From: Candidatus Avispirillum sp.
GTDB taxonomy: Bacteria; Bacillota; Clostridia; Oscillospirales; CAG-272
Direction of reading: 5' to 3'
Length of the DNA stretch: 64,000 nucleotides
Assembly (NCBI GenBank): GCA_045597805.1
Contig: JAZLKW010000062.1
Coordinates: forward strand, 112,004-176,003
Shown here piece after piece: positions 33,005 to 43,683 of this stretch. The first letter of the stretch is position 1; the number at the start of each line of letters is the position of its first letter. The notes below the pieces were generated by a model that was given only the letters and a program-made list of their open reading frames with translations, was not told the DNA's origin and made no database searches. The position numbers and the translations under genes were made by a program.

Positions 33005-33040
33005 TAAAAAATGGCAGAAATCTTATTTCTGCCATTTTTA
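33005..33040. terminator. Bidirectional terminator
   Basis: 11-bp stem ATGGCAGAAAT/ATTTCTGCCAT flanked by A- and T-runs. Confidence 0.8.
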
Positions 33041-33053
33041 TTTTCAGTTTTTG

Positions 33054-34190
33054 TCAGTCCTCTGCGCGTTCTGCGAGCAGGTTGTGATATTTCTGATAAA
33101 ATTCCTCGAAATAGCCGCCGTCGAGGGCGTCTCTTATCTTCTGCATGAGCTCGTTATAGAACCACAGATTATGGGTGACTGCCGCTCTCATGCCGACCGC
33201 CTCTTTCGCCTTTATCAGGTGTCTTATATATGAAATGCTGCGGCGGGGGCAGGTGGGACAGCCGCAATTTTCGTGGATGGGACGGGGGTCACGGGCGTAT
33301 TTCTCGTTCATTATATTGACTTTTCCCTTCCACGTGAACACGTTGCCGTGGCGGGCGTTTCTGGAGGGCATGACGCAGTCGAAGAAGTCAACGCCCAGAT
33401 GTACCGCCTCGAGAATGTTCTGCGGGGTGCCGACGCCCATAAGGTAGCGGGGCTTGTCTTTGGGCATATAGGGCTCTACGGCGTCGATTATCCTGTACAT
33501 CTCCTCCGCCTCCTCGCCGACGGCGAGGCCGCCTATGGCGTAGCCGTCAAGGTCAAGCTCGGCAATTTTCTTCATATGGTCTATGCGGAGATCCTCGTAG
33601 GTACTTCCCTGATTTATCCCGAATAGCATCTGGCGGGGGTTTACTGTATCGGGGAGAGTATTAAGTCTTGCCATTTCGTTCTTACAGCGCACAAGCCAGC
33701 GGTAGGTCCTTTCACAGGAGGATTTCGCGTAGTTATATTCCGCGGGGTTTTCGACGCACTCGTCGAACGCCATGGCGATGGTGGAGCCGAGGTTCGACTG
33801 TATCTGCATACTTTCCTCGGGTCCCATGAAAATGCGCTTTCCGTCTATGTGTGAGGCGAAATAAACGCCCTCCTCGCGTATTTTCCTGAGAGAAGACAGG
33901 GAAAAGACCTGGAATCCGCCGCTGTCGGTGAGGATGGGCTTTTTCCACCCTGTAAACTTATGGAGTCCGCCCATATCGTGGACAAGTCTGTCGCCGGGGC
34001 GGAGATGGAGGTGGTAGGTGTTGGAGAGCATGACCTGGCAGTTTACCTCTTCCAGATCCCATGCGTCAAGTCCGCCCTTTATTGCGGCACAGGTCGCCAC
34101 GTTCTGGAATACGGGGGTCTGTATGGTTCCGTGAGGGGTCTCGAACTCGCCGCGGCGGGCTCTGCCCTCCTGCTTTAATACTTTGAACAT
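33054..34190 (-). CDS. tgt: Queuine tRNA-ribosyltransferase (tRNA-guanine transglycosylase)
   Basis: Motifs TDSGGFQV, GGLAVGE and DCVMPSRNARHG, plus the zinc site CGCPTC...H. Confidence 0.92.
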   Translation of the reverse strand: MFKVLKQEGRARRGEFETPHGTIQTPVFQNVATCAAIKGGLDAWDLEEVNCQVMLSNTYHLHLRPGDRLVHDMGGLHKFTGWKKPILTDSGGFQVFSLSSLRKIREEGVYFASHIDGKRIFMGPEESMQIQSNLGSTIAMAFDECVENPAEYNYAKSSCERTYRWLVRCKNEMARLNTLPDTVNPRQMLFGINQGSTYEDLRIDHMKKIAELDLDGYAIGGLAVGEEAEEMYRIIDAVEPYMPKDKPRYLMGVGTPQNILEAVHLGVDFFDCVMPSRNARHGNVFTWKGKVNIMNEKYARDPRPIHENCGCPTCPRRSISYIRHLIKAKEAVGMRAAVTHNLWFYNELMQKIRDALDGGYFEEFYQKYHNLLAERAED

Positions 34191-34201
34191 AGGATATTCC
34201 T

Positions 34202-36157
34202 TTACTGTATTCTGTCGAACTGTCTGTCGATAGATGATTTTTTGATTTCAAATGCTACGGGTCTGCCGTGAGGGCAGGTTTTTATTACCGCGCCCTTTTC
34301 GTCGGGCTCACAGAGAAGTCTGTCACATATCCATTTTATATGATCGGCGCCGTACACTCTGCCGCCTTTTATCGCCGCCTTGCAGGACGCCTGATAGAGC
34401 TTCGCCTCAAAGAATTTCGCCTCGGCGGTCTCTATCGTTCCCGTTGATTCCGCAAGGTCGGAGAGAAGCTTCGTTATCATATCTTCCGCCGCGTCACGCC
34501 CGATCTCCTCGGGGATCTCGGAAACCACTATCTCGTGTGTTTTTTCATCGTATGTGACGCCGAAGCCGACTGAAGCTATCTTCTCGCCGTATTCCGTAAG
34601 CGCTTCGCGCTCAGAGTCGCTGATCTGTGTCCTGATGGGATACATGAGCATCTGACCGCGGCGTGTTTTTTCCTTCATTCTGCGGCAGAGCTCATCAAAA
34701 AGGATGCGCTCATGTGCGGCGTGCTTATCTATCATCAGCACTCTGTCAGAGAGCTCTATTATGACGTAGCAGTTATAGGCTTCGCCTATTATCCTGTACT
34801 CCGGTATCCTTCTGATCTCCTCCGGCGGCTCCGGCTCCTCCTGTGCGGGAGCGGGTTTTACGGGAGCGGGAGAAGATACGGGTACGGGTGCGGGTACGGG
34901 TGAGGATACGGGAGCGGGTGACGGAACTGTCGGGATCTCATCCTTTGCCGGGGGCCTCCATGCAGGCTTCGGGACAGGCTGATTTGCCGGCTCGGATATT
35001 TTTATCTGCGCCCTTTCCGGCCGTTGGTCCGGGTCCCTCTCCACGGGGACGAATGCCTGAACGGGGGCGGGCTTTGCGGGCTCTTTTCTCACGTAGTGAG
35101 TGAAAGTATAATTCTTATTCTGTTCCGAGCTGTCCGTAAACGGGAGCTCGAGCTCCGGACGCTTCATTGAATTCTCGAGAGCGCCGAGGACGGCATAATA
35201 GACCGCCTCGAATATTATCCTCTCGTTGGCGAATTTGACCTCCAGCTTTGAGGGATGGACGTTTACGTCAACGGTGGCGGGGTTGAGCCCGATATTGAGC
35301 ACGCACACCGGAAATTTCTGAGACGGGATACGGGTCGAATACGCCTGCTCTATGGCCGCCATGGCGGTACGGCTCTTTACGAATCTGCCGTTTATGAAAA
35401 AACTCTCGGAATTTTTATTTGCGCGGACCAGGTCGGGCTCGCCGATATAGCCGGAAATGCGTATGCCCTCTCCGCTTGTCCTGTCTACGGGCGTCATGGA
35501 AGCAGCAACGCTTTTGCCGTAGACGGAATAAATCGTGCCCTTCAGGTCGCCGTCGCCGACGGTCATGAATCTGACCTCGCCGTCGCTTATGTATTTTATC
35601 GACACGCCCGGAGACGACAGAGCTATCTTCTCCATCACGGCTGTGACGGCGGCATATTCAGATGAATCTTTTTTTAAGAACTTTCTTCTTGCGGGGACGT
35701 TATAGAAAAGCTCCGCAACGATGACGGTGGTGCCTGCGGCACATCCCGTTTCCGTAAGGTCGATGATCTCGCCGCCCTCTACCGTCATACTGCAGCCAAG
35801 CTCGGAGCCGGCTGTTTTCGACATCATCTTCATTTTACACACCGCGGCGATGGCGGCAAGTGCCTCCCCGCGAAAGCCAAGAGTGCCGATGGATTCCAGA
35901 TCGGCGGCACTCGATATTTTACTGGTGGCGTGACGGAGCACCGTCAGCGGCATATCGTCGGGCTCGATACCCGAGCCGTTATCGGATACGCGGATAAAGG
36001 ACGTTCCGCCGTGCTTTATCTCTACGGTCACGGTGGTGGCGCCGGCGTCTATTGAATTTTCACAGAGCTCTTTCACCACGGATGCGGGTCTGTCCACGAC
36101 CTCGCCCGCGGCGATAAGATTGGCGACCTCGAAGCCGAGCACGTTTATCTTGCCCAC
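34202..36157 (-). CDS. mutL: DNA mismatch repair protein MutL
   Basis: N-terminal ANLIAAGEVVDRPASVVKELCENSIDAG and GFRGEAL. GTG start after AAGGAGG. Pro/Val/Ala-rich linker. Confidence 0.92.
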   Translation of the reverse strand: MGKINVLGFEVANLIAAGEVVDRPASVVKELCENSIDAGATTVTVEIKHGGTSFIRVSDNGSGIEPDDMPLTVLRHATSKISSAADLESIGTLGFRGEALAAIAAVCKMKMMSKTAGSELGCSMTVEGGEIIDLTETGCAAGTTVIVAELFYNVPARRKFLKKDSSEYAAVTAVMEKIALSSPGVSIKYISDGEVRFMTVGDGDLKGTIYSVYGKSVAASMTPVDRTSGEGIRISGYIGEPDLVRANKNSESFFINGRFVKSRTAMAAIEQAYSTRIPSQKFPVCVLNIGLNPATVDVNVHPSKLEVKFANERIIFEAVYYAVLGALENSMKRPELELPFTDSSEQNKNYTFTHYVRKEPAKPAPVQAFVPVERDPDQRPERAQIKISEPANQPVPKPAWRPPAKDEIPTVPSPAPVSSPVPAPVPVSSPAPVKPAPAQEEPEPPEEIRRIPEYRIIGEAYNCYVIIELSDRVLMIDKHAAHERILFDELCRRMKEKTRRGQMLMYPIRTQISDSEREALTEYGEKIASVGFGVTYDEKTHEIVVSEIPEEIGRDAAEDMITKLLSDLAESTGTIETAEAKFFEAKLYQASCKAAIKGGRVYGADHIKWICDRLLCEPDEKGAVIKTCPHGRPVAFEIKKSSIDRQFDRIQ

Positions 36158-36181
36158 GGCGGTACCTCCTTACAGTATTTT

Positions 36182-38773
36182 TCAGTCGTTCAGGTCCTTC
36201 TTCCATTGGAAGATCAGATTCATCGCTTCAATGGGAGTTAAAGTATTGATATCGGTTTTCTTTATGCTTTCGCACACGTTGTCGCGGCAGGTGTCCATCA
36301 TGCTGATGGTCATGGCGGCAAAGGGATCTTCCTCTTTTTCTTCGCGGCGGGACGGTGCTTTCAGCACGGCGCCATCCGTTTCGAAGCCTTCGAGGATAGT
36401 CTTTGCGCGCTTGACTATCTCTTTCGGGATGCCCGCAAGCTTTGCGACCTCTATGCCGTAGCTCTCGTCCACGGGACCGCGTACTATCTTACGTAGGAAG
36501 GTCAGGTCGTCTCCGCGCTTTTTGACAGCCACGTTATAGTTGATGACTCCGTCCAGCTCGCCCTCAAGGTCGGTGAGCTCGTGGTAGTGGGTGGCAAACA
36601 TGGTTTTTGCTCCCAGCTTTTTGCCTCCGGTGTATTCAAGCACGGCACGGGCTATCGCCATACCGTCGAAGGTACTTGTGCCTCTGCCTATCTCGTCATA
36701 AATAATGAAGCTCTTTTTCGTGGCGTTTTTAAGGATATACGCTACCTCTTTCATTTCGAGCATGAAGGTGGACTGTCCCGATGCCAGATCGTCCGAAGCG
36801 CCCACTCTGGTGAAGAGCTTATCTACGACTCCTATTCTCGCCTCCGACGCGGGGACGAAAGATCCTATCTGCGCCATGAGGACTATAAGTGCTGTCTGGC
36901 GCATATAGGTGGACTTACCTGCCATATTGGGGCCTGTGATGAGCATCATCCTATTAGCATCTGTGTCGAGATACGTATCGTTGGGCACAAAGTACTCGTC
37001 GCGGACGAATCTTTCCACCACGGGGTGTCTGCCGTCCTTTATCACTATGAGGTCGCTTGAATCGACCTCGGGGCAGACATAATTATTGAGAGCCGCCGCT
37101 TCCGCAAGGCTCACGAACACGTCCAGCTCCGCCAGCGCCGCGGCGCTGGTACGGATGCGGACGGAGTTTGCGGCAACGGTGTCTCTTATCTCGGAGAACA
37201 GCTCGTATTCCAGATTATTTATCTTATCGGAGGCGCCGACTATGGTTGTTTCCAGTTCTTTCAGCTCCTCGGTGATGTATCTTTCGCCGTTGACGAGGGT
37301 CTGCTTTCTGATATAGTTATCGGGCACCATGTCCGTAAAGGACTTGGAGACCTCGATATAGTAACCGAAAACCTTATTATTATGTATCTTCAGGGTCTTT
37401 ATGCCCGTCTGTTCCTTTTCTCTAGCCTCTATGGCGGCGATATACTCTCCCGCGTTGTCGCGCACGGAGTGCAACTCGTCCACGGTAGCGTTATAGCCGG
37501 GCTTTATCATTCCGCCCTCTCTGACCTGGAACGGAGGTGTTTCGATTATTGCGCGGTCTATGAGCTCGAAAACGTCGGTGAGCTCGTCTATATCGTTCCA
37601 TATGGCGGAGAGCTCTTCGGACTCCGCTCCCGACAGCATGGATTTGATTTTCGGGAGGACGGAGACGGTCTGTGCCACGGCGCGGAGCTCTCTGGCTGTG
37701 GCACTGCCGTAAGTGATCTTCGTCATCAGCCGCTCAAGGTCGAGCACGGAAGAAAGCGTCTCTCTTATCTCCTCGCGGAGCATGAAGTTCGCCAGCAGCT
37801 CGCCCACGCTCTTCTGGCGGCTTACTATCTCCTTTACGTTGGTCAGGGGGTGCTCTATGAGCGAGCGGAGACGGCGGGCGCCCATGGCGGTGCTCGTTTT
37901 GTCAAGCACCCACAGGAGCGAGCCCTTTTTGTCCTTGGTGAGCATGGTCTCGCACAGCTCCAGGTTCCGGCGGGTACTCATATCCATTTCGAGATACTGG
38001 GAGTTCTCGTACAGCTCAATATCCTTGATATACGAAATATCGGTTTTCTGCGTGTCGGCAATATAGCCGAGGGCGGCGCCTGCGGCGCAGACGGCGGGGA
38101 GAAACTCCTCTTTCCCCTCGTAATTCCCGAAATGCTTTCCGTAGCGATCCATAGCGCCCGCGTCGTAATAAGCGGCAAGGGAGGAGGAACACATCACGTC
38201 CCTGTCCCTTATATAGGAAGCCACGGCGGGAAGCTGTTTTATGTCGATGTTTGTGATGATCTCTCTCGGAGAGTAGGTGGATATTTCGGTGAGGACGTCG
38301 TTTTCGAATGCCGCGCCGGAAAAATGCGTCGCGAAGACCTGTGCCGTAGAAATATCGGCAAAGCAAATTCCCGCGCCCTCCTCCGACACGTACAGAGAAG
38401 CAAGATAGTTGTTTCTAGTATCGGTAAGCATGGAGCTTTCAATGACGGTGCCGGGGGTGATGACTCTTATCACTTCCCTTTTCACCAGCCCTTTGGCAAG
38501 TGCCGGATCCTCAGTCTGCTCGCAGATGGCTACCTTATGACCTTTTTCTATAAGCTTCGCTATATACCCGTCGCAGGCATGGAAAGGAACGCCGCACATG
38601 GGCGCTCTCTGCTCCTCGCCGCAGTCTCTTCCCGTCAGGGTCAGGTCAAGGTCCTTTGATGCTATCTGGGCGTCCTCAAAAAACATCTCGTAGAAGTCGC
38701 CGAGACGGTACATGAGTATATAATCCCTGTACTGGTCCTTTATCCGGAAGTACTGCTCCATCATAGGTGTCAT
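36182..38773 (-). CDS. mutS: DNA mismatch repair protein MutS
   Basis: MTPMMEQY start and Walker A motif GPNMAGKSTYMRQ. AGGAGG SD. Confidence 0.95.
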   Translation of the reverse strand: MTPMMEQYFRIKDQYRDYILMYRLGDFYEMFFEDAQIASKDLDLTLTGRDCGEEQRAPMCGVPFHACDGYIAKLIEKGHKVAICEQTEDPALAKGLVKREVIRVITPGTVIESSMLTDTRNNYLASLYVSEEGAGICFADISTAQVFATHFSGAAFENDVLTEISTYSPREIITNIDIKQLPAVASYIRDRDVMCSSSLAAYYDAGAMDRYGKHFGNYEGKEEFLPAVCAAGAALGYIADTQKTDISYIKDIELYENSQYLEMDMSTRRNLELCETMLTKDKKGSLLWVLDKTSTAMGARRLRSLIEHPLTNVKEIVSRQKSVGELLANFMLREEIRETLSSVLDLERLMTKITYGSATARELRAVAQTVSVLPKIKSMLSGAESEELSAIWNDIDELTDVFELIDRAIIETPPFQVREGGMIKPGYNATVDELHSVRDNAGEYIAAIEAREKEQTGIKTLKIHNNKVFGYYIEVSKSFTDMVPDNYIRKQTLVNGERYITEELKELETTIVGASDKINNLEYELFSEIRDTVAANSVRIRTSAAALAELDVFVSLAEAAALNNYVCPEVDSSDLIVIKDGRHPVVERFVRDEYFVPNDTYLDTDANRMMLITGPNMAGKSTYMRQTALIVLMAQIGSFVPASEARIGVVDKLFTRVGASDDLASGQSTFMLEMKEVAYILKNATKKSFIIYDEIGRGTSTFDGMAIARAVLEYTGGKKLGAKTMFATHYHELTDLEGELDGVINYNVAVKKRGDDLTFLRKIVRGPVDESYGIEVAKLAGIPKEIVKRAKTILEGFETDGAVLKAPSRREEKEEDPFAAMTISMMDTCRDNVCESIKKTDINTLTPIEAMNLIFQWKKDLND

Positions 38774-38805
38774 ATGGGCACCTCCTATGTTACTGTGTTA
38801 TCTGA

Positions 38806-39198
38806 TCAATGGCAGCCGCCGCAGGATGAACAGTCACCTGTGCAGGAGGATCGCTTGCCGGTGAGCTGATAGTTTATCTCGTCAAGGACGGCAGAATAGA
38901 ACTCCTCGTATTCGTCAGAGGCTTTCTTGTATTCTTCGTAGACCTCGGTCCCGATGACCGCAGCGTATATCTCGTTTATCCTGTTCTGTATCGCCTCGCA
39001 GAGGGCATCATCGCGCTCCTCCTTGGAATACTCAGCCGCCAGCGCCTGCTGCTGTACGGAATACTCCGTCATGGCAGAGGTTATTGCGGGGTCGGAATCA
39101 TATTTTTCGGCGGCCGCGGTCACTCTTTTATAGGTGCCGTTCTCTTTCATCAGGTCACAGAGGCTTTTTACTGCCGCAAGAATTTCGTGATCAAGCAT
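38806..39198 (-). CDS. YlbF/YmcA-family regulator-like protein with Cys-rich C-terminal tail
   Basis: 130 aa, helical, with the family-typical position between miaB and mutS. The C-terminus reads SSCTGDCSSCGGCH. Confidence 0.55.
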   Translation of the reverse strand: MLDHEILAAVKSLCDLMKENGTYKRVTAAAEKYDSDPAITSAMTEYSVQQQALAAEYSKEERDDALCEAIQNRINEIYAAVIGTEVYEEYKKASDEYEEFYSAVLDEINYQLTGKRSSCTGDCSSCGGCH

Positions 39199-39208
39199 TT
39201 TATTTCTC

Positions 39209-40627
39209 CTAAACTAGTTTTGCAAAAAGATTATATTTGTCGGCTTCGGTGATCTCCACGTCTGCCCATTCACCTATCATGGAAGAGTCTCCCACGAAAT
39301 GTATGGGACGCGGAGAATCCGCTCTGCCCGTGAGGACGGAGCTGTCTGTTTTCGAGGTGTCCTCGCAAAGGACACGGAGCCGTCTTCCCATAAAGCGGGA
39401 ATTGCGCTCCTTTGAGATCTCATCCTGCATCGCGGTCATACGGCGGAAGCGCTCGCCGGATACCTCAGGAGGTATCTGATCCTCCATTTCGGCGGCGGGA
39501 GTGCCTATGCGGGGCGAGTATATGAACGAAAAGATAAGATCGTACCGCACCTGTCGGAGCAGCTCCATGGTCGCCTCGAAGTCTTCGTCGGTCTCACCGG
39601 GGAAACCTACGATTATATCACTGGTAATGCTGGCGTCGGGTACCCACTTCTTTATCTTTTCTATTATCTCAAGATACTTCTCCGCGGTATATTTCCTGTT
39701 CATCCGGGACAGCACCGCATCGGAGCCGGACTGGACGGGCAGGTGGAAATGCTTCGCCACCTTCTCCTCTTCCGCCATCACACGGATGAGTTCATCGGAA
39801 GCGTCCTTCGGGTGGCTTGTCATGAAGCGGAGACGGAAGTCGCCGGGGATCCTGCATATTTCCCGCATGAGAGAAGCTATACTCATATATCCCGCGTCTT
39901 TTCCGTAGGAGTTGACGTTCTGACCGAGGAGTGTTATATCCTTCGCGCCGCTGTCGATAAGACCTCTCGCTTCTTCAAGGACGTCCTCCGGACGGCGGCT
40001 TCTTTCTCTCCCGCGGACGTAAGGAACGATACAGTAAGAGCAGAAATTGTTGCACCCGTACATAATGGACAGCCACGCTTTGAAGCTCTCTTTTCTGTAC
40101 GTGGGGATGCCTTCGGCGATCCCGTAGTTTTCGCTGATGACAAAGCGGCGGCGTTTTCCGGACACCGCGTCCCGGACCAGCTCGGGCAGAAGGTGGATGG
40201 CGCCCGTGTCAAAAGTGAAATTGACATAGGGGTAGCTCATCTTTATCTTTTCCGCGCGGTGCTCCTGGGTGACCATACATCCGCCGACGCCGATTATTGC
40301 GTCGGGATCGTTCTTTTTGCGGTGACCCGTATCTCCTATGATCGAGAGCGCTTTTTTCTCTGCGTGTTCACGTATGGCACAGGTATTAAGGAGTATGAGC
40401 TTGGCTTCCTCCAAGCTTTCTGCGGGACGATAGCCCATAAGGACGCACATCCCGGCGAGCCGCTCGCTGTCCGCCTCATTCTGCTGACAGCCGAAAGTCT
40501 CTATATAAAATCCGGGCTTTTCGTCCCCGTATTTTTCTCTGTTCAGTTTTGCTATTTCCGAGCAGATATCGAGGCTTTTATCGACTGCCGCCTCTTCTAT
40601 TCTGTCGGTGCTGTTTTTCAGTATCAC
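39209..40627 (-). CDS. miaB: tRNA-2-methylthio-N6-dimethylallyladenosine synthase
   Basis: N-terminal FGCQQNEADSE cluster and radical-SAM CNNFCSYCIVP. GTG start 8 nt after AGGAG. It overlaps the upstream gene by 50 nt. Confidence 0.9.
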   Translation of the reverse strand: MILKNSTDRIEEAAVDKSLDICSEIAKLNREKYGDEKPGFYIETFGCQQNEADSERLAGMCVLMGYRPAESLEEAKLILLNTCAIREHAEKKALSIIGDTGHRKKNDPDAIIGVGGCMVTQEHRAEKIKMSYPYVNFTFDTGAIHLLPELVRDAVSGKRRRFVISENYGIAEGIPTYRKESFKAWLSIMYGCNNFCSYCIVPYVRGRERSRRPEDVLEEARGLIDSGAKDITLLGQNVNSYGKDAGYMSIASLMREICRIPGDFRLRFMTSHPKDASDELIRVMAEEEKVAKHFHLPVQSGSDAVLSRMNRKYTAEKYLEIIEKIKKWVPDASITSDIIVGFPGETDEDFEATMELLRQVRYDLIFSFIYSPRIGTPAAEMEDQIPPEVSGERFRRMTAMQDEISKERNSRFMGRRLRVLCEDTSKTDSSVLTGRADSPRPIHFVGDSSMIGEWADVEITEADKYNLFAKLV

Positions 40628-41303
40628 TTTCTGTCTCCTGTGCGTTTTTTCTTTCTACGATTTTGTTATAGACATATATTCCGGCAAGACTCACCGTTCC
40701 CACGATGGCAAAGACTGCCGCCGATTTCAGATATGAGCCTCCCGCGAAGGTACTTCCCACGTAGGTGGAGGTTATGACGGACGGTATCCTCGCCACGGTG
40801 GATATAACGAGAAATTTAATAAGCCCGATGCCGGAAAATGGTGCGAAATAGGTGATGAGGTCCTTCGGGGTGCCCGGGATGAACATGAGCAGGAACACGA
40901 GAATATCTCGTGCAGCGGGCCTTTTCAGAAAACTCAGTTTCTCGAATTTATCGGAATCTGCGAAGGTCTCGATCAGGTCCTTCCCGAAAAATCTGACGAT
41001 AAGGAATATGAGAAGGCTTCCTATGAGTGTTCCCGCAAGGCAGAGTGCCATGCCGCCGAAGGTACCGTACATGGCTCCCATGACCAGCTCTATGGGCTCA
41101 CCCGGGATGATGGCGAAAACCACCTGCGCGATCTGCAGAAGAAGCATCACGGCGATTCCCCGGCCGCCCAGGGAGGTGACGTAATCGCGGAGGCCGTCCG
41201 TTCCATACGCGCGGTATGCTTTATATGCGAATAAGGTCAGCACCGCGCTGATAAGTATGAACGCGGCGAGGACTATGATACGGATTACTTTCTTTTTAGT
41301 CAT
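40578..41303 (-). CDS. TVP38/TMEM64 (DedA-related) family membrane protein
   Basis: 241 aa with a multi-TM profile and the block FAIIPGEPIELVMGAMYG. Confidence 0.7.
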   Translation of the reverse strand: MTKKKVIRIIVLAAFILISAVLTLFAYKAYRAYGTDGLRDYVTSLGGRGIAVMLLLQIAQVVFAIIPGEPIELVMGAMYGTFGGMALCLAGTLIGSLLIFLIVRFFGKDLIETFADSDKFEKLSFLKRPAARDILVFLLMFIPGTPKDLITYFAPFSGIGLIKFLVISTVARIPSVITSTYVGSTFAGGSYLKSAAVFAIVGTVSLAGIYVYNKIVERKNAQETESDTEKQHRQNRRGGSR

Positions 41304-42285
41304 CTGTGACCTCTGCGGACGTTTCCTCTATATAGAGCCCCATGCCCGCTCTGCCGGTCATAAACGCCGTGCCGTCGCGCTTCACGGCGACTGCCTCGAA
41401 GCTGATAGCACCGCTGTCGTACAGGGCGGAAAGCTCGTCCGCCGTCATATTATAAGCGGCGCGGGAGATCGTATAAGCCATGGCGGCGTCGGGGGCGAAC
41501 ACGGTGATCCTTTCGAAATCGCCCTCCGTTTCGCTGTAATTCGGATTTTCGCCGGAGGAATCAAAGGACGAGATACATCCGTCGGTCATCTTAAAATAGC
41601 CTGCGATTTTCCCACCGTCGGTAACGCCTATCGTAAAGGCACTGCCGTCGGGCTTTGAACCGAATACGATCTCCGTATTTATTACGGAAAGTCTGCCGCT
41701 TTTGACGCCGGACTCTTTCATAGCCGCGAGCGCTTCGTCGAGAGCGTATCCCGGAGCGTATGCTTCAAGATTGATCTTCGCTTTCCGGTCCGTCTTTTTT
41801 ACCGCAGCGCCGCTTATTCTGAACTTGTCCGTGCCGCAATGTGTCAGGGAATCTGCTGCGGATTCTTCGGTCTTATCCTCGGAGCATACGGCTTCGGTAT
41901 AGGTGCCGTGGGCAGGGGTGAATTTTCCGTTCAATGCGGACGACAGAGAAAAGACATTCCCGATAAGCTCAAGGAAATTCTCATCACAGTCGAGTATTGT
42001 ATCCACCTCTCCGTTCAGCTCCGCGAGAGCGGGGCCGGAGGTGAGAGATATATACACGGTCTCGAAACGGTCAGCGGCTGTTTTGGATGCCGCGGCAAGC
42101 TCTTCATCCGTGAAGGGCTTCTCTTCCTCCCCTTTGGCATAGGCTGTCCAAATGGTCATAACACCGCAGGAGGTCTCGAAATTTTCGCAGTGATATTCCG
42201 CGGAAGACTTATCCCCGCAGGAGGTAAGCGAAAGTACCGTTGCCATGGCGATGATAAGGCTGATTATCCCCTTTTTCGTTGTCAT
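41296..42285 (-). CDS. Lipoprotein, divergent ApbE-like (FAD:protein FMN transferase family?)
   Basis: Lipobox LSLTSCG. It has ApbE-like blocks (APGYALDEA, ITVFAPDAAMAYTIS), but I do not see the canonical HxxDPxTG region. Confidence 0.4.
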   Translation of the reverse strand: MTTKKGIISLIIAMATVLSLTSCGDKSSAEYHCENFETSCGVMTIWTAYAKGEEEKPFTDEELAAASKTAADRFETVYISLTSGPALAELNGEVDTILDCDENFLELIGNVFSLSSALNGKFTPAHGTYTEAVCSEDKTEESAADSLTHCGTDKFRISGAAVKKTDRKAKINLEAYAPGYALDEALAAMKESGVKSGRLSVINTEIVFGSKPDGSAFTIGVTDGGKIAGYFKMTDGCISSFDSSGENPNYSETEGDFERITVFAPDAAMAYTISRAAYNMTADELSALYDSGAISFEAVAVKRDGTAFMTGRAGMGLYIEETSAEVTDD

Positions 42286-42364
42286 TCGGCGGTATTTCCT
42301 TTCAATAGGCGATACTTTTCATAATAATTCATATTATTATATATCATTCTGCCTTTTTTGTCAA

Positions 42365-42398
42365 TAAAAAATCCCTCACGGGCTATGCCCGTGAGGGA
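42365..42398 (-). terminator. Terminator after 42414..43613
   Basis: 12-bp stem TCCCTCACGGGC/GCCCGTGAGGGA followed by a T-run on the minus strand. Confidence 0.8.
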
Positions 42399-42413
42399 TA
42401 AATTTATGTTTTG

Positions 42414-43613
42414 TCAGTTGGTGTAGTTATCGAAATAACCCTGAACGAGAACGACGGGAGTTCCCTTGTCGCCGGAGCCGGAGGTCAGGTCGCAGAGGGA
42501 GCCGATCAGGTCGGTGAGCTGGCGGGGTGTGGTACCCTGAGATGCCATATTGCCCTTAAGGTCGCCGTCCTTTGCCTTTATGGAGGCGGAGATCGCGTTC
42601 TTCAGAGCTTCGCCGGACAGATCCTTATAATCGTTATCTGCGAGATACTTCAGCTTCAGCTCATTGGGAGTACCCACGAGCCCGTCGGTGAACGCGGGAG
42701 ATACTACCGGGTCTGCAAGCTCCCAGATCTTGCCCTTGGGATCTTTGAATGCGCCGTCGCCGTAGACCATTACCTCAACGTGCTTGCCTGTTGCCTCGAG
42801 GATCTTCTTCTGGATATCCAGGACGATGGGCTGGCAGTTATGAGGGAAGAGCTTTACCTTATCCTCAGTGGACTTGTTGGAGCCCAGAAGGCCGTACTGC
42901 TCGTTGCAGCCGGAGCCGTCAACGGGTGCGTTCATTATATTATCAAGTCCGCAGACTATCTTCGCGCCTGCGGCTTTCAGTATTCTCTTGGTTCTTGCTC
43001 TTGTGTGGATGTCGCAGTTGAGCACGCAGTCAGCGTAAGGAAGGATGGCTTCTGCATGGTTCGCGAAGATGATCTCGACCTCCGCGCCGCACTCTTTAAC
43101 GAGATTACCGTAATACTCGACGTAGTCAACACCGGTGAACTCGTGGAGGTTAACACCGAAGAGCTCTCTGTATTTTTCCAGAGTGAGCACGTCGGAATAG
43201 GGGTTTACGCCTGCGGCGTCAAGCTTGTCGAGGCTGACCAGCTCATTGCCCACCTCGTCGGAGGGATAGCTGAACATAAGAACGACCTTTTTCGCGCCCA
43301 TTGCGATACCGCGAAGGCAGATCGCAAAGCGGTTTCTGGAAAGGATGGGGAAAATAACGCCGACAGTTTCGCCGCCGAGCTTTGCTTTCACATCCTTTGC
43401 GATATTTTCGACGGTTGCGTAGTTGCCCTGTGATCTTGCAACGACGGACTCTGTGACGGAGATAACGTCACGGTCACGGAGCTCGAAGCCCTCATATTCA
43501 GCGGCCTCCAGCACGCTGTCGGCAACGATCTTCGCGATGTCGTCTCCTTCTCTTATGATGGGGCAGCGGATTCCGCGGGAAACCGTACCGACTCTTCTTT
43601 CTTTCTGTGCCAT
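42414..43613 (-). CDS. CofE-like (F420-0:gamma-glutamyl ligase family) protein
   Basis: The N-terminal block GIRCPIIREGDDIAKIV...DVISVTESVVARSQGN resembles the CofE-type ligase fold from memory. The start is moved to ATG 43613, after AAAGGG. Confidence 0.5.
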   Translation of the reverse strand: MAQKERRVGTVSRGIRCPIIREGDDIAKIVADSVLEAAEYEGFELRDRDVISVTESVVARSQGNYATVENIAKDVKAKLGGETVGVIFPILSRNRFAICLRGIAMGAKKVVLMFSYPSDEVGNELVSLDKLDAAGVNPYSDVLTLEKYRELFGVNLHEFTGVDYVEYYGNLVKECGAEVEIIFANHAEAILPYADCVLNCDIHTRARTKRILKAAGAKIVCGLDNIMNAPVDGSGCNEQYGLLGSNKSTEDKVKLFPHNCQPIVLDIQKKILEATGKHVEVMVYGDGAFKDPKGKIWELADPVVSPAFTDGLVGTPNELKLKYLADNDYKDLSGEALKNAISASIKAKDGDLKGNMASQGTTPRQLTDLIGSLCDLTSGSGDKGTPVVLVQGYFDNYTN

Positions 43614-43655
43614 AGTATACCCTTTCATTGAAATCGAAAAATTTTTGACAATACT

Positions 43656-43683
43656 ATTATACTCCGATCCCCTCGGATTTCAA
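43656..43683 (-). promoter_or_regulatory. Sigma-70-type promoter for 42414..43613
   Basis: On the minus strand: TTGAAA, 16-nt spacer, TATAAT. Confidence 0.6.

Noticed and set aside
34830-34930. GGT/ACG-rich nucleotide periodicity inside mutL (encodes PAPVSSPVPAPVPVSSPAPVKPAP).
   Set aside because: This is the ordinary low-complexity Pro-rich linker between the MutL N- and C-terminal domains, not an independent element.
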